Below, piece by piece: positions 42,250 through 55,919 of a stretch of 64,000 nucleotides of DNA (position 1 is its first letter; the number at the start of each line of letters is the position of its first letter). The position numbers and the translations under genes are program-made. Below the pieces are notes generated by a model, which saw nothing but the letters and a program-made list of their open reading frames with translations, did not search any database and was not told the origin of the DNA. The stretch lies in the NCBI RefSeq assembly GCF_009914755.1, contig NC_060939.1; one strand, given 5' to 3'. The stretch comes from the human T2T-CHM13v2.0 reference genome, Homo sapiens.

Positions 42250-42600
42250 AAAGACTCTGCTTCTCGGACAGAGGGATGAGTCCAGGGCTGGGCACGTGAC
42301 CCAAGCAGGGCCACTCAAATCCTTTCACAAAGTTTGGTGTGACGGGGTTCACAGGCACCAAGGACCACAAAAGCTGCAGCTGCCAGGGGCCCCCTGTGCT
42401 GCCATCAGGAAAGACCTGCCTGAGACTTAAGTAAACCCAGAGTGAAGCAAAAGAAAGAGATGGCAAGAGCAAGCAAGGAAGCCCCAGCCACACTGCTGTA
42501 AACCCTGGGTCCAGCCATGACTAAAGCTCATATTACCTGATGGGCTTTTCACACGAGTCAATAAATTCCCTTTTATTTATTTTTCTGGCTTAGCTTGAGA
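42250..42600 (+). mobile_element. MLT1J/K-like MaLR LTR fragment
   Basis: gggcacgtgacccaagc...ccagccatgactaaagc...aataaattccctttt. Confidence 0.55.
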
Positions 42601-44103
42601 TGGAGAGAGGGCTAAGCAATGCAGACCTCCTGCCTCTGGTCCCTAAATGCCCCTTCATGTTTATCCAGCTGTAATGGGAACCATGCCGTTTTACTGTGAT
42701 GAAAACAGCTGAGCATTTGAGGAGGAGAAAATGAGATAGCCGATGTCACGTGCCGCGTGCAGTGCCAGGTGTGGCTGGCGTCCTCCACAAGCTTCTGAAA
42801 GAGCACAACAGTGTGGGTTCCCACAGACCCCCTGCTGGGACCTGCCACCCACCACACAGCCCCAACACTGCCACACCTGGACGACAGTCTTGCTCATCTA
42901 TAATGGTGCCCTGCAGAAAGAGTCCAATCATCACAAATCTGCCCTAGACAAGCAATTATGTTTTTTCTATGAAAAATACAAAATTCAACCTACGAGTACG
43001 TTCTAAGCAGCTGGTGCATATCCTGCCAAAAACGTCTCCACTTTACAGAATTTACTCCAGCTTCCTTTAAAACGGTAAGCTCATCTACTTCATTTAAAAT
43101 TTGACCCACTTTACAGAAGTCTCACTTTTTAAAACAACTTTTCAATGACATCTATTACCAAAACATCATACCCCTGGAGCAAAACGGTCTCCGCTTTTTC
43201 TCCCACATACACAGACAACTCACACACACCCCACAAAAGGCTTGATCGTCCAGCCTTGTCAAAAAGTTATTATAAAACATTTTATTTTATCTGGCAGCCA
43301 GAAATTATGTTCAGTTGTCTGGAACACAGGCTGCTAGCGGCTGCTTGCCACAGACAACTGGAAGGAAAAAAGCAAAAGACGACAGTTGTAAATCTCAGAA
43401 TCCCCAAAGATAAAGCAAGCAGGGAACACCATCGTTCACTCGCTGGTAGAATCCTCAGGCTTCCTGAGCAAAGTGCCCACGTCATTCACGCTGGAAGCAA
43501 TTATAACAAGATTCTTGCTACAACTTGAACAGCTTCCTTTTTTTGCTATTGCTAAATGCTTTCCCTTTTTAGGTAGTTACTGATGTATCATAACTCCAAG
43601 TAACTACTCTTTAATATGGTTGAAACTGGAATGTCTTCAAGAAATCTGTACTGTCAGTGTTGGATTCATGAAAAAAGAAAAAAAAGTAATGGGAAAGGAA
43701 AACAGAATCCCGGGCTTAGCCATCCAAGTTTGCCCTGGCTTCTTCTGCCGGCTACTTTCTCCACGAGACAACCCAGTGTACATCACCAGGGGAGTCTGAC
43801 TAAGCAGCAGGAAAGGCCACCCCAGGGGACACAGAGGGACACAACTCATGCACAACTGGGCATATCTTGGGGTTTCGTGCCCTGGTCAGATGAGGTGAGA
43901 AAGCCACACCAGATTCACAACCATCAATCCCTGTTCCTGTTTCTTCCCAAACTTCTGGGTCCCCAAATACAGCAAAATGGGCAGCTTGCTCAGGGAAAAC
44001 TCTGATTTTCACAACTTAGATGTCCCAAAGAAAGCTACGTTCTCAACAACATGGTCCTCATTCTTACAGAGGCTGGACGCTGCATGCCCACAGAATGGCC
44101 ATG

Positions 44104-44399
44104 TGGCCAGGGGCAATGGCTCAAGCCTGTGATCCCAGCACTTTGGGAGGCAGAGGTGGCAGGATTGAGCCCAGGAGTTCACGAAAATCCTGGGCAGCAC
44201 AGTGAGACCTCATCTCCACAAAAAAATAATCAGCTGGGCGTGGTGGCACACACCTCTGAACCCAGGTACTCGGAGGCATGTGGGGGCGAGTGTGGGAGGA
44301 TCGCTCGAGGAAGGTCGAGGCTGCAGTGAGCTGTGATTGTGCCACTGCACTCCAGACTGGGTGACAGGGCGACACCCTGTCTCAAAAACGCACAAAAAA
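44104..44399 (+). mobile_element. AluJ
   Basis: Diverged dimer with ggaggatcgct/ggtcgaggctgcagtgagc. Confidence 0.85.
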
Positions 44400-46349
44400 T
44401 GGAATGGCTATTCCCCACAGCTGTGATGGTGGTCGGCGCTGGGATGGAACCCACTGCAACCTCGGGGGTGCCCCCTGCCCAAGCCCCCTCAGTGAGGATG
44501 GATTTCGAGACAGGACTCAAGCTCTGGCCTGCCTCAGTCTGGTGCCTGTCTCACCACCCTGGCTGCCGCAGAGTCCTCTCTAATCCCAAACCCATTCCCA
44601 TGGGCTTCTTGAGATTTCTGAAGCCTACAACGTGCCAGGCATGTGGACAACGTACAAAGGCACAGATGACACAAGCCATGCCCTTTCTCTGGAATCCACG
44701 TGAAGCCCAGCAGTTTCAATGCCTGGCTCATATCTTGCTTCCCCAGGGAGCATCCCCAAATCGCCATCATGACCTCTTTCCTCCTCTCCTCCAGAACTCT
44801 GGGCCCACCCCAACTGCCTGGGGGTCTGTGTGGCCAAGCCTGTTCTGGGCACTCTCTCTCCCTGCTGCCCCCGACCACAGTAGCCAACGCCTGTACACAC
44901 GTGATGAAGCAAACACAGCAGAGACCCCAGGACCCTTGCAGGGGCAGCTTCAGGGAAAGGCGTCAGGGATAGGAAACAGGAAGATTTGAGGCAGATCACC
45001 TGCCGGCAAGGGACAATGTGCCCCGAGGGATGCACAGATGCTCTTGTCACTGCAACAGCCGAGCCGTCCTCGAGGCTGGGAAATGCATATTTATACTAAG
45101 GCAGGCAGCTTTTCAAACTCAGAGGCGAGCCAAGCAGGCCCGTGACAGAAATTCACGGATGTGCCGCTGAACACTCTGCACCAACAAGATGATTAACTGC
45201 CTCCCAGAAAGGAAACCAACAGGCCAAACACCATTCAGATGATACCCCCAGGGACAAAGCAGGCAGGAGACTCCGAACCTAAGCTGTGCCCGCTGTCGAC
45301 CATCAGCCCCACACAGGGAGAGGAGGGGTAATAAAGCATCCCCCAAAAGCACAGTGAGAGAAGCAGCCACATCCCTGGCAGCAGTGGAAACAGTTTATCT
45401 TCTAGGAGTGTGTTGTATTTCTTTAAATATTGACACAAAGAATGGCTCATTCCCTTCGCAGGGGCCCAGCAGGCCAAGCACTGGCTTCCTAAGAAATCCA
45501 CGGGACCCCAACCTATAAGCTGTGTCTCTTCACTTACAGAGAAGAAAGGTCCCTTTCTGCTCCCCAATTCTGGAGCACGCCTAAGCACAGGGTGCAGTGT
45601 GGACACCAGAGCAGAAGGTCCCCTGCAGCAGATGTGAGCGAGACCTCTGTCCCTTCACAGCTGGTCCCAGGTTGCATCCACACCACCACCAAAGCCGACC
45701 ACCAGTGACGCCTGACGTTTTCTGCTCCACTGGGTGGGAACACTCCCGGCTTTACTGGGCTTTTCCCCTAAGCTTCATTGTCCAGCTCCATCCAAACGCC
45801 ACGACAGGGGGTTTGATCTACGACTTGCTAATGGATTGAGAAAGGTACCAGCTCCTTCAGCCCAAAGCCAGTTTGTGCAACCCCATACAGGTTCCAGCAG
45901 GCAAATTCTCTGTCTGGTCGTGCACATGAAATTGCCTGTTGCTTTGGAAAGCAGGCTTTGCAAAAGGACCCACTGCATCTGCAGCTGGAAAACACTCAAC
46001 AAAACTGGGCAGCAGCTGTCCCGGTGAGACTTTCTGCTAGGCTTTTCCATGAGAAATTCATGTACTGAGAAGGCTAGACCTTTTTGCAGAGGAAAAAATG
46101 TAACCCGAAAGCCATTTCTTAAAAAGACCAGAGTGTCTGTTCTCCTTCCCTTGCCTCGGGTGGACTTTTTGGCCAGAGGCCTCCTGCCGGGAGGGAAGCC
46201 GGGTGTGCACTCTCAGTCACACATTCTCCCGGCTCTCTCCCTTGGAGGGAACATGAACGCCGCTGATTCAAAAATCAGACACTACTGCGGGAGCTGGCAG
46301 GGACCTCTCTCTCCACCCCCACCGCCCCCTGCAACACCAAGCCAGCACC

Positions 46350-47103
46350 GAGGCCATGCGCTCACTCAGCCGCCTGGCCCATGGCCTTCTGGGGGCCACC
46401 ATCCCTCCTCCAGCCTCAGGGCTGGACCAGCTGCCAGGAGCTTCCCTGAGCCACCTGGACAGCCCCAGCCAGTGTGCACTTTAAATAATAAACTATGAAT
46501 TCTTGATCCGTCTGCAGCTCGAGGCAGATTTTCCTATTTAAGCTGGAGGCCTTCTCTGCTTTGAGTTACTAAAGTGGGGCGGGCGTGTGTTGCATAAGAG
46601 TCCAGGGGAGAACTGGGAAGAGCCGACACCACTTCTTGTCCAATTCCTCTGTTTGGTGGAGCTGCATGTGGGAAAAAGGATTCAGACACATATGCGCACA
46701 CACAAAAAATGGCATCATACCCTTTTATTTTTTGTTTCAATGTTTAGATTTTAGCTTTTCTTTCTTAATCAAGTAATATTCAAGAAGAGGTGCCTGCCCT
46801 AGCCTCACATCTGGGTTCTCAGAGAGAACATGTCCAACAGATAAGTGAAAAAGGAAAAAAAAAAAATACTTAATATTGACTGTGATTGCCATGCTTAGAC
46901 TCGTGGGAGAAAAAAGGAAACTTCTTTATGTGTTGCAGTAGACGGATCAAGAATGCATGGTTTATTATTTAAAGTGCATGCTGGCTGGGGCTGTCCAGGT
47001 GGCTCAGGGAAGCTCCTGGCAGCTGGCCCAGCCCTGAGGCTGCAGGAGGGATGGTCGTCCCCAGAAGGCCATGGGCCAGACGGCTGAGTGAGCTCATGGC
47101 CTC
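46350..47103. repeat. Inverted duplication: 164-bp arms (46350-46513 and 46940-47103), 426-bp spacer
   Basis: Manual alignment: 10 mismatches, no indels (~94%). Confidence 0.95.
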
Positions 47104-47588
47104 CCAACACCCCAAGGATGTCCACATCCTAATCCCCAGAACCTACGAAAATGTGAACTTACATGGTAAACGGGGCTTTGCAAATGTGATCCAGCTAAGG
47201 TTTTGAGATGCACACGTTATCCTGGATTATCTGGGTGGCTTTGATGGGTCTTTAGATGAGGGAGGCAGAGGGAAATCTGACTACAGAAGAGAATTGTCAG
47301 AGTGACGCAGTGTGAAAAAGACTCAACAGCCACTGCTGACTTTGAAGGAGGGGGAAGAGGCCATGAGCCAAGGAATGCAGGCAGCCTCTGGGAGCTGGAA
47401 AAAATGAGGAAACAGATTCTCCCCTGGAACCTCCAGAAGGAATGAAGGCCTGCTGACACTTTGATTTTACCCCAGTGAAACTGATTGCAGACTTCTGACC
47501 TCCAGAGCCGTAAGATAATATATTTGTGTTATTTTACAACACTAAGTTTGTGGTAATTTGTTAGAGCGGTAATAAGAAAGTAATGCCT
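47097..47588 (+). mobile_element. MLT1D-like MaLR LTR lacking its extreme 5' end
   Basis: gatgtccacatcctaatccccagaacc...tatcctggattatctgggtgg...ttgttagagcggtaataagaaagtaat. Confidence 0.85.
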
Positions 47589-47934
47589 GAGTCTTGCCTT
47601 CCTGCCAGAATGCCTTGGATACAATGAAGACAATGAACTGCAGATACAGTGTGATGCTCAGCCCTTCAGGAGTCAGCAAAGCACTTCAGGATTACAGAAA
47701 ACCAAATGAGGCAATCAGGGTGGACTTTCTGGAGAAGGTGACATCCAAATTGGGCCTCCAAAACCAAGAGAGATTTTCAAGAGCAGTACAAAGATAGACA
47801 CAAAAAGGTCACTCCATACAGTCCCATGAGCCTAAGTATAACTTTAATGTACCAAAGGCCCTGTGACCTAGGGATGTGCAATCTAGGGTGACCTCCATTA
47901 AGTAATAATACATAAATAAAGGGAGGCCCTTACA

Positions 47935-49560
47935 CATTTAAATTGGAAAATCTAGATACAATTTTCTAGGAAAATACAATTTACCAAAATTGATCCCATA
48001 AGCATACAAAGCTTAAACAGATCAATTTTCACGGAAGAAAGGGAGAAAGTTATGAAGCAACTATAGTCACAAAAAAGCATTAATCTGAGATGGCTCCACG
48101 GGGGATTCTACTAAACCTCTACAAAACCAATAGCTTCCATGGTTCATAAATTGTTTCAGAGCACCAAAAATAAATGAAAGCTTCCATACTTCTTTTCATG
48201 GAGCTATAATACTAATATCTAAACTGAAAATAACACACACACACAAAACAATATTATAGGGCAATATCACATATGAATATGGATGCAAAGAGCCTAAATA
48301 AAACACTAGCAAACAGAATGCAATAACACTCTGAGGAAAGAATACACCACAACCAAATGAGATTTATTCCAGAATTTAAGGTTGTCATAACATTAGAAAA
48401 CTATTTACATAATATGCCACATTAATATATCTATGCAGAAAAATTATATGCAAGCCTCCATGATGTTGCAAAAGTGTTTGGAAGATTTGATACCCATGTC
48501 CAATTTTAAAAAATACACCCACACGGGCCAAATCTGAGACCGTTTGGGCATCTAAATAAATAAATGTAGAATGAATATTCATGAGGTAAAATAAGAATCT
48601 ACAACTCCATGCAGCTAAACACAACCTTGGCCAAGTAACAGAAGTTGACATCCCCAATAATGGGACAGACATACAGCATGTGCCTCCTGATAAGATGCAC
48701 TGAGCAGAACACAACATCACTGCTTTCTTGCTGGACACGTACACCCCAAATGTCACCATGAAGAAACGTCAGACAAAACCACCCCAAACGTCACCATGAA
48801 GAAACGTCAGACAAAACCACCCCAAACGTCACCATGAAGAAACGTCAGACAAAACCATCCCAAACGTCACCATGAAGAAACGTCAGACAAAACCACCCCA
48901 AACGTCACCATGAAGAAACGTCAGACAAAACCACCCCAAACGTCACCATGAAGAAACGTCAGACAAAACCACCCCAAACGTCACCATGAAGAAACGTCAG
49001 ACAAAACCACCCCAAACGTCACCATGAAGAAACGTCAGACAAAACCACCCCAAACGTCACCATGAAGAAACGTCAGACAAAACCACCCCAAATGTCACCA
49101 TGAAGAAACGTCAGACAAAACCAAATTTAAAGACATCCTACAAAATAACTAGTCTATACTAATATTTTGGGGAAAAAATGTGAAGATCAGGAAAGACAAA
49201 TACAAAGGAATTAACCCAGATTGGAGAAGACTCGGAAGACATGACAGCTAAATGCAATATGTGAGTCTAGACTGGATTCTGTACCAAGAAAAGAAAGCTA
49301 TAAAAGACATTACTGTGACAACTGGAAAAATGGAAATGCAAATGGCGTATTAGATAACAGTATTGTATCCCCTAAGTCTATCCTTACGTTAAATAAGGGT
49401 TCTAAGAAAATTTGTATGTATAGATAAAGGGACATGATGTCAGCAAATTAGTCTCAAGTGGTTCAGAACAAAATATGTGTGGAGGGAGAAAGGGTTGGAA
49501 TACGAAAGAGAGGGTTGAAAGAGGGAAGAGAGAGAGAACACCATAAAGAGAGAAAAATGC
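47935..49560 (+). mobile_element. Old L1M ORF2 fragment and L1MD/MC-type 3' UTR
   Basis: aaaatacaatttaccaaaattga; gatgcaaagagcctaaataaaacactagcaaac; cagacaaaaccaaatt...ctacaaaataact. Confidence 0.65.
48742..49122. repeat. 38-bp minisatellite, 10 near-identical copies
   Basis: Unit ccaccccaaacgtcaccatgaagaaacgtcagacaaaa with period 38 (48743, 48781 ... 49085). Confidence 0.98.
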
Positions 49561-50578
49561 TCATCAGTGAATTCGGGTGACAGATATACCAAAGCTCTTT
49601 GCTACTACAGTATACCAAAATAAGAAGCAAACCAAAAGTATGGGAGAATATTGTACAAGTAAAGGGGACAAGGATAACAGAGCAAAGAGTTATTTTTGAG
49701 TCTGGGTGACTGGAAAAAAAACTGGTGAGAACATGGACAGGCATCGTCAGACAAGACTTTGGTTCAGAAACACCAAGTTATTGGGAATGGACAGTGCCTG
49801 CAGCCAGCCACAAAGACAGGAGGCTGGGGACAGAGTGGGAGATATGCCGAGTGGGACTGCTCCCAGCTGGAGCCAGGAAGGATCCCAAGGCAGTGAGAAA
49901 AAGAGCAGCAGAGACCTGGGACACCCTGTTTGGAAGAAGGTGCAGAAGAGGAGCCGACCGTCCCTGGAGAGTGCATTTTATAAACCGGGAACTGAAGGAG
50001 GCACAAGGAGTGAGGGGTCCTTATTGTCAAATGCCTCTGAGGGACAAGGGGGCAAACCCCGCCGGCTCTGTTGTAATGGCATGACCTGGGGCAGGTCCCA
50101 GGTGGGAGACATCAGTCCACAGAACCCACCTGATCTCAGAGGTAAAAGCAAGGATGCTAGGAATGCTGGGCTGGAGGCCGGGAGGCAGGCAGGCAGCGTG
50201 GCAGGTGGGCGGGACCTTCGTCCTCTGCCCCAGGTATCCACTGCAGGGATAAGGAGTCCACCGTGCAGGGGCACTGCTGCTTCCTGCGGCAGCCTCGGCT
50301 GCCAGCCTGCTGACTCGGTTCACCCCTCTTTTCTCTCCCCCCACCCTTCCCAGGGAACACTGCAGGGAAATCAGAAACTGATCAGGGGACAGAACAACAC
50401 TGGTGATCGGCCGATCTCAAGGAGGGTGGCTGTGTGAGGGCAGGGACATCTGTCTCTTAGGATCTCCAGTGCTCAGAACAGGGCTTAACACAGCATAAAG
50501 GAACATTAGTCAAGCAAATACATCACTGCATCACTGCCCTAGATAAGAGGGCACGTTACAAGTGTAAATGCAGAAGCC

Positions 50579-50716
50579 TGCCAGCTGTGATGGCTCACAC
50601 CTATAATCCCAGCATTCTGGGAGGCTGAGGTGGGTGGACCAATCCAGTCCAGGAGTTTGCCACCAGCCTAGGCAACACAATGAGACCCCTGCGTCCACAA
50701 AAAATTTTAAAAAAAA
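50579..50716 (+). mobile_element. FLAM/Alu monomer
   Basis: Left-monomer sequence; TSD caga(a/g)gcct. Confidence 0.8.
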
Positions 50717-51199
50717 TTACAGAGGCCTAAAAATACACTAAAAGACAACTTTAAAGACACACACACTCACACACAGTCACTGAAAGCTTAAAAGTATACA
50801 GAATTTAACTCATACTTACATGAAGCCTCATTTAAACACTGCCCCAGGCCTGGCTTATCCATTTCCAATTGTCTCCAGATCAGCCCAGAAAGCAGGGACC
50901 ACTGGAGGGAACCACAGGGGCAGAGGGTGTCCCTCCAAGGCGAGAGGCCCTTGCAGAGCCTAAGAGGCTCACTTTGGCCAAGCCTTGAACACTCCCGAGG
51001 AAATCTCCAAGCTGCTTTGTGGAATGACTCTATTTTTACAAAGTAGGAAGGATGGAAGGAATATGGCATAGATCAACAGGTTGTTCATGCAGGAAGAAAT
51101 TTTTTTAACTGACTACACAAGGTTTTTTAGAAAGTAACAAACTTTCTTAAGTTACTAGCATTTTGAGAGGGTTAGGGCCCCAGCACTGTGCATTGATGG

Positions 51200-51680
51200 A
51201 ATCTGCCACTGGCTGCCTCCCCAGGATGCCCTCCTGAGGTACCATGCCACCCCAACTTCTGCCATAGCTGTGGTGGCAGTGCAGCTGGCCCAGCCCCTCC
51301 TCAAGCATGTGACGCTGGCCTTTGATTTTTTACAGGTTTTCTTGCCTAGAAGCCCACTCCCTTGGCCTGCACAGGAGCATCTCAGAAATTTGGGAGCCAA
51401 GAACCCCCGGATCACACTTCCATTCTCGCCATCCGTGGGTCACGTCTGGGGAGCCTTCTGTGCACACTCCAGTGTTCCCTTCGGAATCAAGCCCATTGCC
51501 TGCAGCAACAATCTTGACACACACTCACTCCCCTTCCGGTGGATTTTCCACTGGATGCCAGTGGATTTTCCTCTGCCCTGTCTCTCTCTCCTGCTTCCTG
51601 GAACCCCCTCCCTCCCTGACACTGACCACCTGCACCCAAGTCCTCATCCCAGGCTTGGCTTTTGGGAAACCCACTCTATG
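51200..51680 (+). mobile_element. LTR16-like ERVL LTR
   Basis: cacctgcacccaagtcctcatcccaggcttggcttttgggaaaccc 3' signature. Confidence 0.6.
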
Positions 51681-52936
51681 GAAGTTTTCCATAGAGAGAT
51701 GACACCTTACATTTTAATAATACTTTCTACTTCATGAAATTGCATTTGCATGAGTTCATTTAACTCAATTTAACTTGCAACCTGGAGAAGCAAATATATC
51801 AAGACATGCATTCCCTCTCTCTCAGAGATGAGGAAAGGTAGGAATAGGAGAAACAGGCTGACTTGTCCCAGCCTCTACGTGCTGGGAAGTAGGGGCAGGC
51901 CCTGCCCAAGGCCACTAGGCCCATCCATGGCTGTGTCCATTCCCAGTCACACAGGTGGGCAGCAGGAAATGTCCCTTTTACAGTATCTGACAGGCTCCAC
52001 ACGGTCATACAGCCTCCGGGGAATAATAACAGCAATCATCATAGTTTTTAGAGTGATATGGTTGGGTTTTAGCTTTATTCTCCCCAAAGGGTAATTACGA
52101 ATTATCAGCACAACACCCCTTCCTAAAGGGTAAGTGTCCACTCACCCGACACCTCAAAAAAAAATCCTAAGATTTCCTCAGTCGTTTGTCTAAAAAACAC
52201 ATAAAAATGGGATGGAGGGACTTGGATAAAGACATAGTTCATATCAACCAAACGGCAGGGTCTGAGCTTCTCCTCAAAGCTTGTGAGGCACAAGCTTGGA
52301 AGACAATGGCAAACGTAGTAATGATGACGACTGAACACTCAGGGTGTAAAAGGGGCCCCATGGGCTTCTCTGGAAAGCACTGAAGTCCCAGAAACAATTA
52401 TCTGGTGACTTCCACAGTGCCTCTGCCCCATGAGCACCAGGGAGACAGGAAATGAGGACCCAGGTTCCCAGCCTCAAAGGAGCAGAGGGTCTGCTTGACC
52501 CTCTGTTCTTCCAGGATGGACCCTCGCTCAGCTGACCCCTAACATCAGCTCCAGATCCCTCCAGATGAGCCGGTGGGGACACATCAGAAATGCCACAGGG
52601 CTGTGCTCTCGCAGGGCACGCAAGAAACACCATGCGAGGTGTGTGGCCCCAGGGAACAAATGTTGAGCATTTTGGGGGGGACAACACTGAGAAAAAGAGA
52701 CAATGCTTGGACTTGAGGTCAGCAAAAGAAATAGTAAGTGCTTGCTCTGCTGACTTACGAGGCATGCATGTGGTTTTCTTCTCATGTTATGGTGACAAGG
52801 TAGCCTTTCTGTTCCTCTGCCATGGGTGCCTTGCTGGGCATAAAGCTGGGCACAGCCACCATTCCTGGTTTAGTTTCTGAAACCTGAGCTCCCAAAAGAG
52901 TAACACCAGGGGCAGGGGGCAGCCGTGAGTTGAGGG

Positions 52937-54345
52937 GCCAAGGCTGAAGCGGCCAAGAGCAGAGCATAGGACAGCGTCCTGTGAATGGGACATGTGCTTT
53001 TCAGTAGCGACCCGAATGCCAGAGGGACTGAGGGCCTGTCTTGAAAGTCCTGCCATTACAAAGCCCCAGGGACATTTGCAGGACATGGAAGGGAAGGCCT
53101 CCATCAATGACTGAGGTGACGGGTCAGAGTGCATGATCTGACTTTCAGATGATGAGACGATGACATTTCTGACACGCCTGAGTCCAAGGAATGAAACAGT
53201 CACACTGTTTCATGAGGGGTAAATCATTCATGAATAATTCATGAAACAGAGTCAGACAACAAGAAGGACCTAGATTTACCAGACAAAATCTAACACCCGC
53301 CCCCCCTTATAGTTTTTTAATACCAGGTATGGTCTGAGTGTTTATGTCCCCCTCAAATTCAGACATTGAGACCTAACCTACAATGTGATGGTGTTGGAAG
53401 GTGAAGCCTTTGGGAGGTGATTAGGTCATGAGGGTGGGGCCCTCATGAATGGTATTAGTGCCCTTATAAGAGAGTCTCCAGAGAGCCAGCTAGCCCCTTC
53501 CCCCAGGTGAGGACACAGAGAGAAGGCACCATCTGTGAAGCAGAGAGCAGGCCCCTCACCAGACACTGAGGCTGCTAGTACCTTGATCTTGGGCTTCCCA
53601 GACTGTAGAACTGTAAGAAATAAATTTCTGTTGTTTATGAACTATCTAGCTGACAGTTTTTGTTATAGCAGCCCAAACAGACTAAGACCATTCCTTAGGC
53701 AAATGCAAAATAAACAAACGGGAAAATCTCCTGTTCCAGAAAGGTGAAGAAATCTCACGCCTGTAAGTGAGTGAATGATCTGAGACCTCAACAATCCAGC
53801 AGTTGTTGGGCTCAAATATTGGCCTACTGGGTGAAGGGCCAATGTTAACCTACAACACGGAGATGGGGGAATCTGGCCAGGACCCCAGAGTGGCTGGACA
53901 ACCCCGCCCATGGCACAGGGGTGCAGGGAAGTCTGTCTGCATTCAGAGTTCAGGATACCAGCGGGACATGGGCAGGGTCCCCAGTACAAATCCCCAAGCC
54001 TGTGCTACACACACAAGTAGATCATCCTGTGCTTCCGATGGCCTAAGGATAAGCACTGAAGGAGAGATGACATGTGCACTTGTGGAAGAGCCCTGGGGCA
54101 TCTGGCAGAAGTGCATATGAAATGACTCATTGAAGACTTTTCCATAATGCAGGGCATAGGGGACTCCCAAAGAGGGTAGAATAGCACTGGGGGCAGGGGG
54201 TGGCCTTGAGCCAAGGCTGAAGCAGCCAAGAGCAGAGCAAAGGACAGTGTCCTGTAAATGGGACGTGTGCTTTTCAGCAGTGACCCAAAAGCCAGAGGGG
54301 CTGAGGGCCTACCTTGAAAGTCCTGCCATTAGAAATTCCCAGGGA
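52937..54345. repeat. Dispersed direct duplication: 136-bp copies at 52937-53072 and 54210-54345
   Basis: Manual alignment: 15 mismatches, no indels (~89%). Confidence 0.93.
53325..53690 (+). mobile_element. MLT1A0-like MaLR LTR
   Basis: tatggtctgagtgtttatgtccccc...gttatagcagcccaaacagactaagac. Confidence 0.85.
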
Positions 54346-54453
54346 AGCAGGGCAGGAGGGAGAACACATCAGCAGAATTTGAGCTCACGGTATAAAATTA
54401 CAATCCACATGTGAAAGGGAGTGTGAGCTGACACTCCTCAAGAAATTCAGAAG

Positions 54454-54745
54454 CTGGCTGGGCAGTGGCTCACGCCTGTAATCCCAGCACTTAGGGAGGC
54501 CGACGCAAGCAGATCTCAAGGTCAGGAGTTTGAGAACAGCCTGGCCAACATGGCGAAACCCCGTCTCTACTAAAAATACAAAAAAATTAGCTGGGCATGG
54601 TGGCACGCACCTGTAGTCCCGGCTACTCGGAGGCTGAGGCAAGAGAATCGCTTGAACCCAGGAAGTGGAGGTTACAGTGAGTCAAGACCGTACCACTGCA
54701 CTCCAACCTGGGCGACAGAGAGAGACTCCATCTCGAGAAAAAGAA
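54454..54745 (+). mobile_element. AluS
   Basis: TSD aagaaattcagaag. Confidence 0.9.
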
Positions 54746-54807
54746 AAGAAATTCAGAAGGTGGAATCACTCAAAAAAGACTTCAAATAATTATACTAAGA
54801 AGATCTA

Positions 54808-55006
<199 letters not shown>

Positions 55007-55532
55007 TCATGAAAGAATAGGACACTATAAAAAAGACAGCAGTGGAAAAGAATCAGATATAACTTCTAAAAGTATTGAATATAATTGCGAAAATTAAAAA
55101 CTCAGTAGAAGATTAAATGGAGATCAGACGTAGTTTAAGAAAAATCTGGTGAACTGAGAAACCGATGACAGGAAATTCTCTAGAACAGAGAACACAGAGA
55201 TGGAAACCAAAAACGCAAAAAGATGACACAAAACATGGAGGAAAAAATAGTAAGATCCACATATATCAACTAGGAATTCCAGGAGAAGACGTAGGTAATG
55301 GGAAGAGGCACGTCTCCACGAGAGGGAGGCTGGGAAAATCACGACAAGTCCCAAACAGAATAAACATGGGAAGTCCACGGGAAATGCTGCAGAACCCAAC
55401 AACAGTCCTGCACAGAGAGAAGGCAGAGCATTACACAGAATCTAAAATCAGAGGGGCAGAGGACCTTTTGTAACAAAAATAGCAGTCTGAACACAGTACA
55501 ATAGTATCTTTAAAGTGTGAAGACTCAACCTA

Positions 55533-55919
<387 letters not shown>

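Noticed and set aside
44333-44989. 218-aa ORF
   Set aside because: Starts in an Alu, has no recognisable domain and is expected by chance in GC-rich DNA
46350-47103. Interpretation as a MITE or DNA transposon with long TIRs
   Set aside because: No TSD or TA/TTAA flanks, and one arm overlaps and truncates an LTR
48742-49122. Regular array resembling CRISPR
   Set aside because: Head-to-tail repeats without unique spacers, in human DNA with no cas genes
49706-50437. 243-aa ORF (longest in the window)
   Set aside because: No recognisable homology, splice or promoter support; antisense to the host gene
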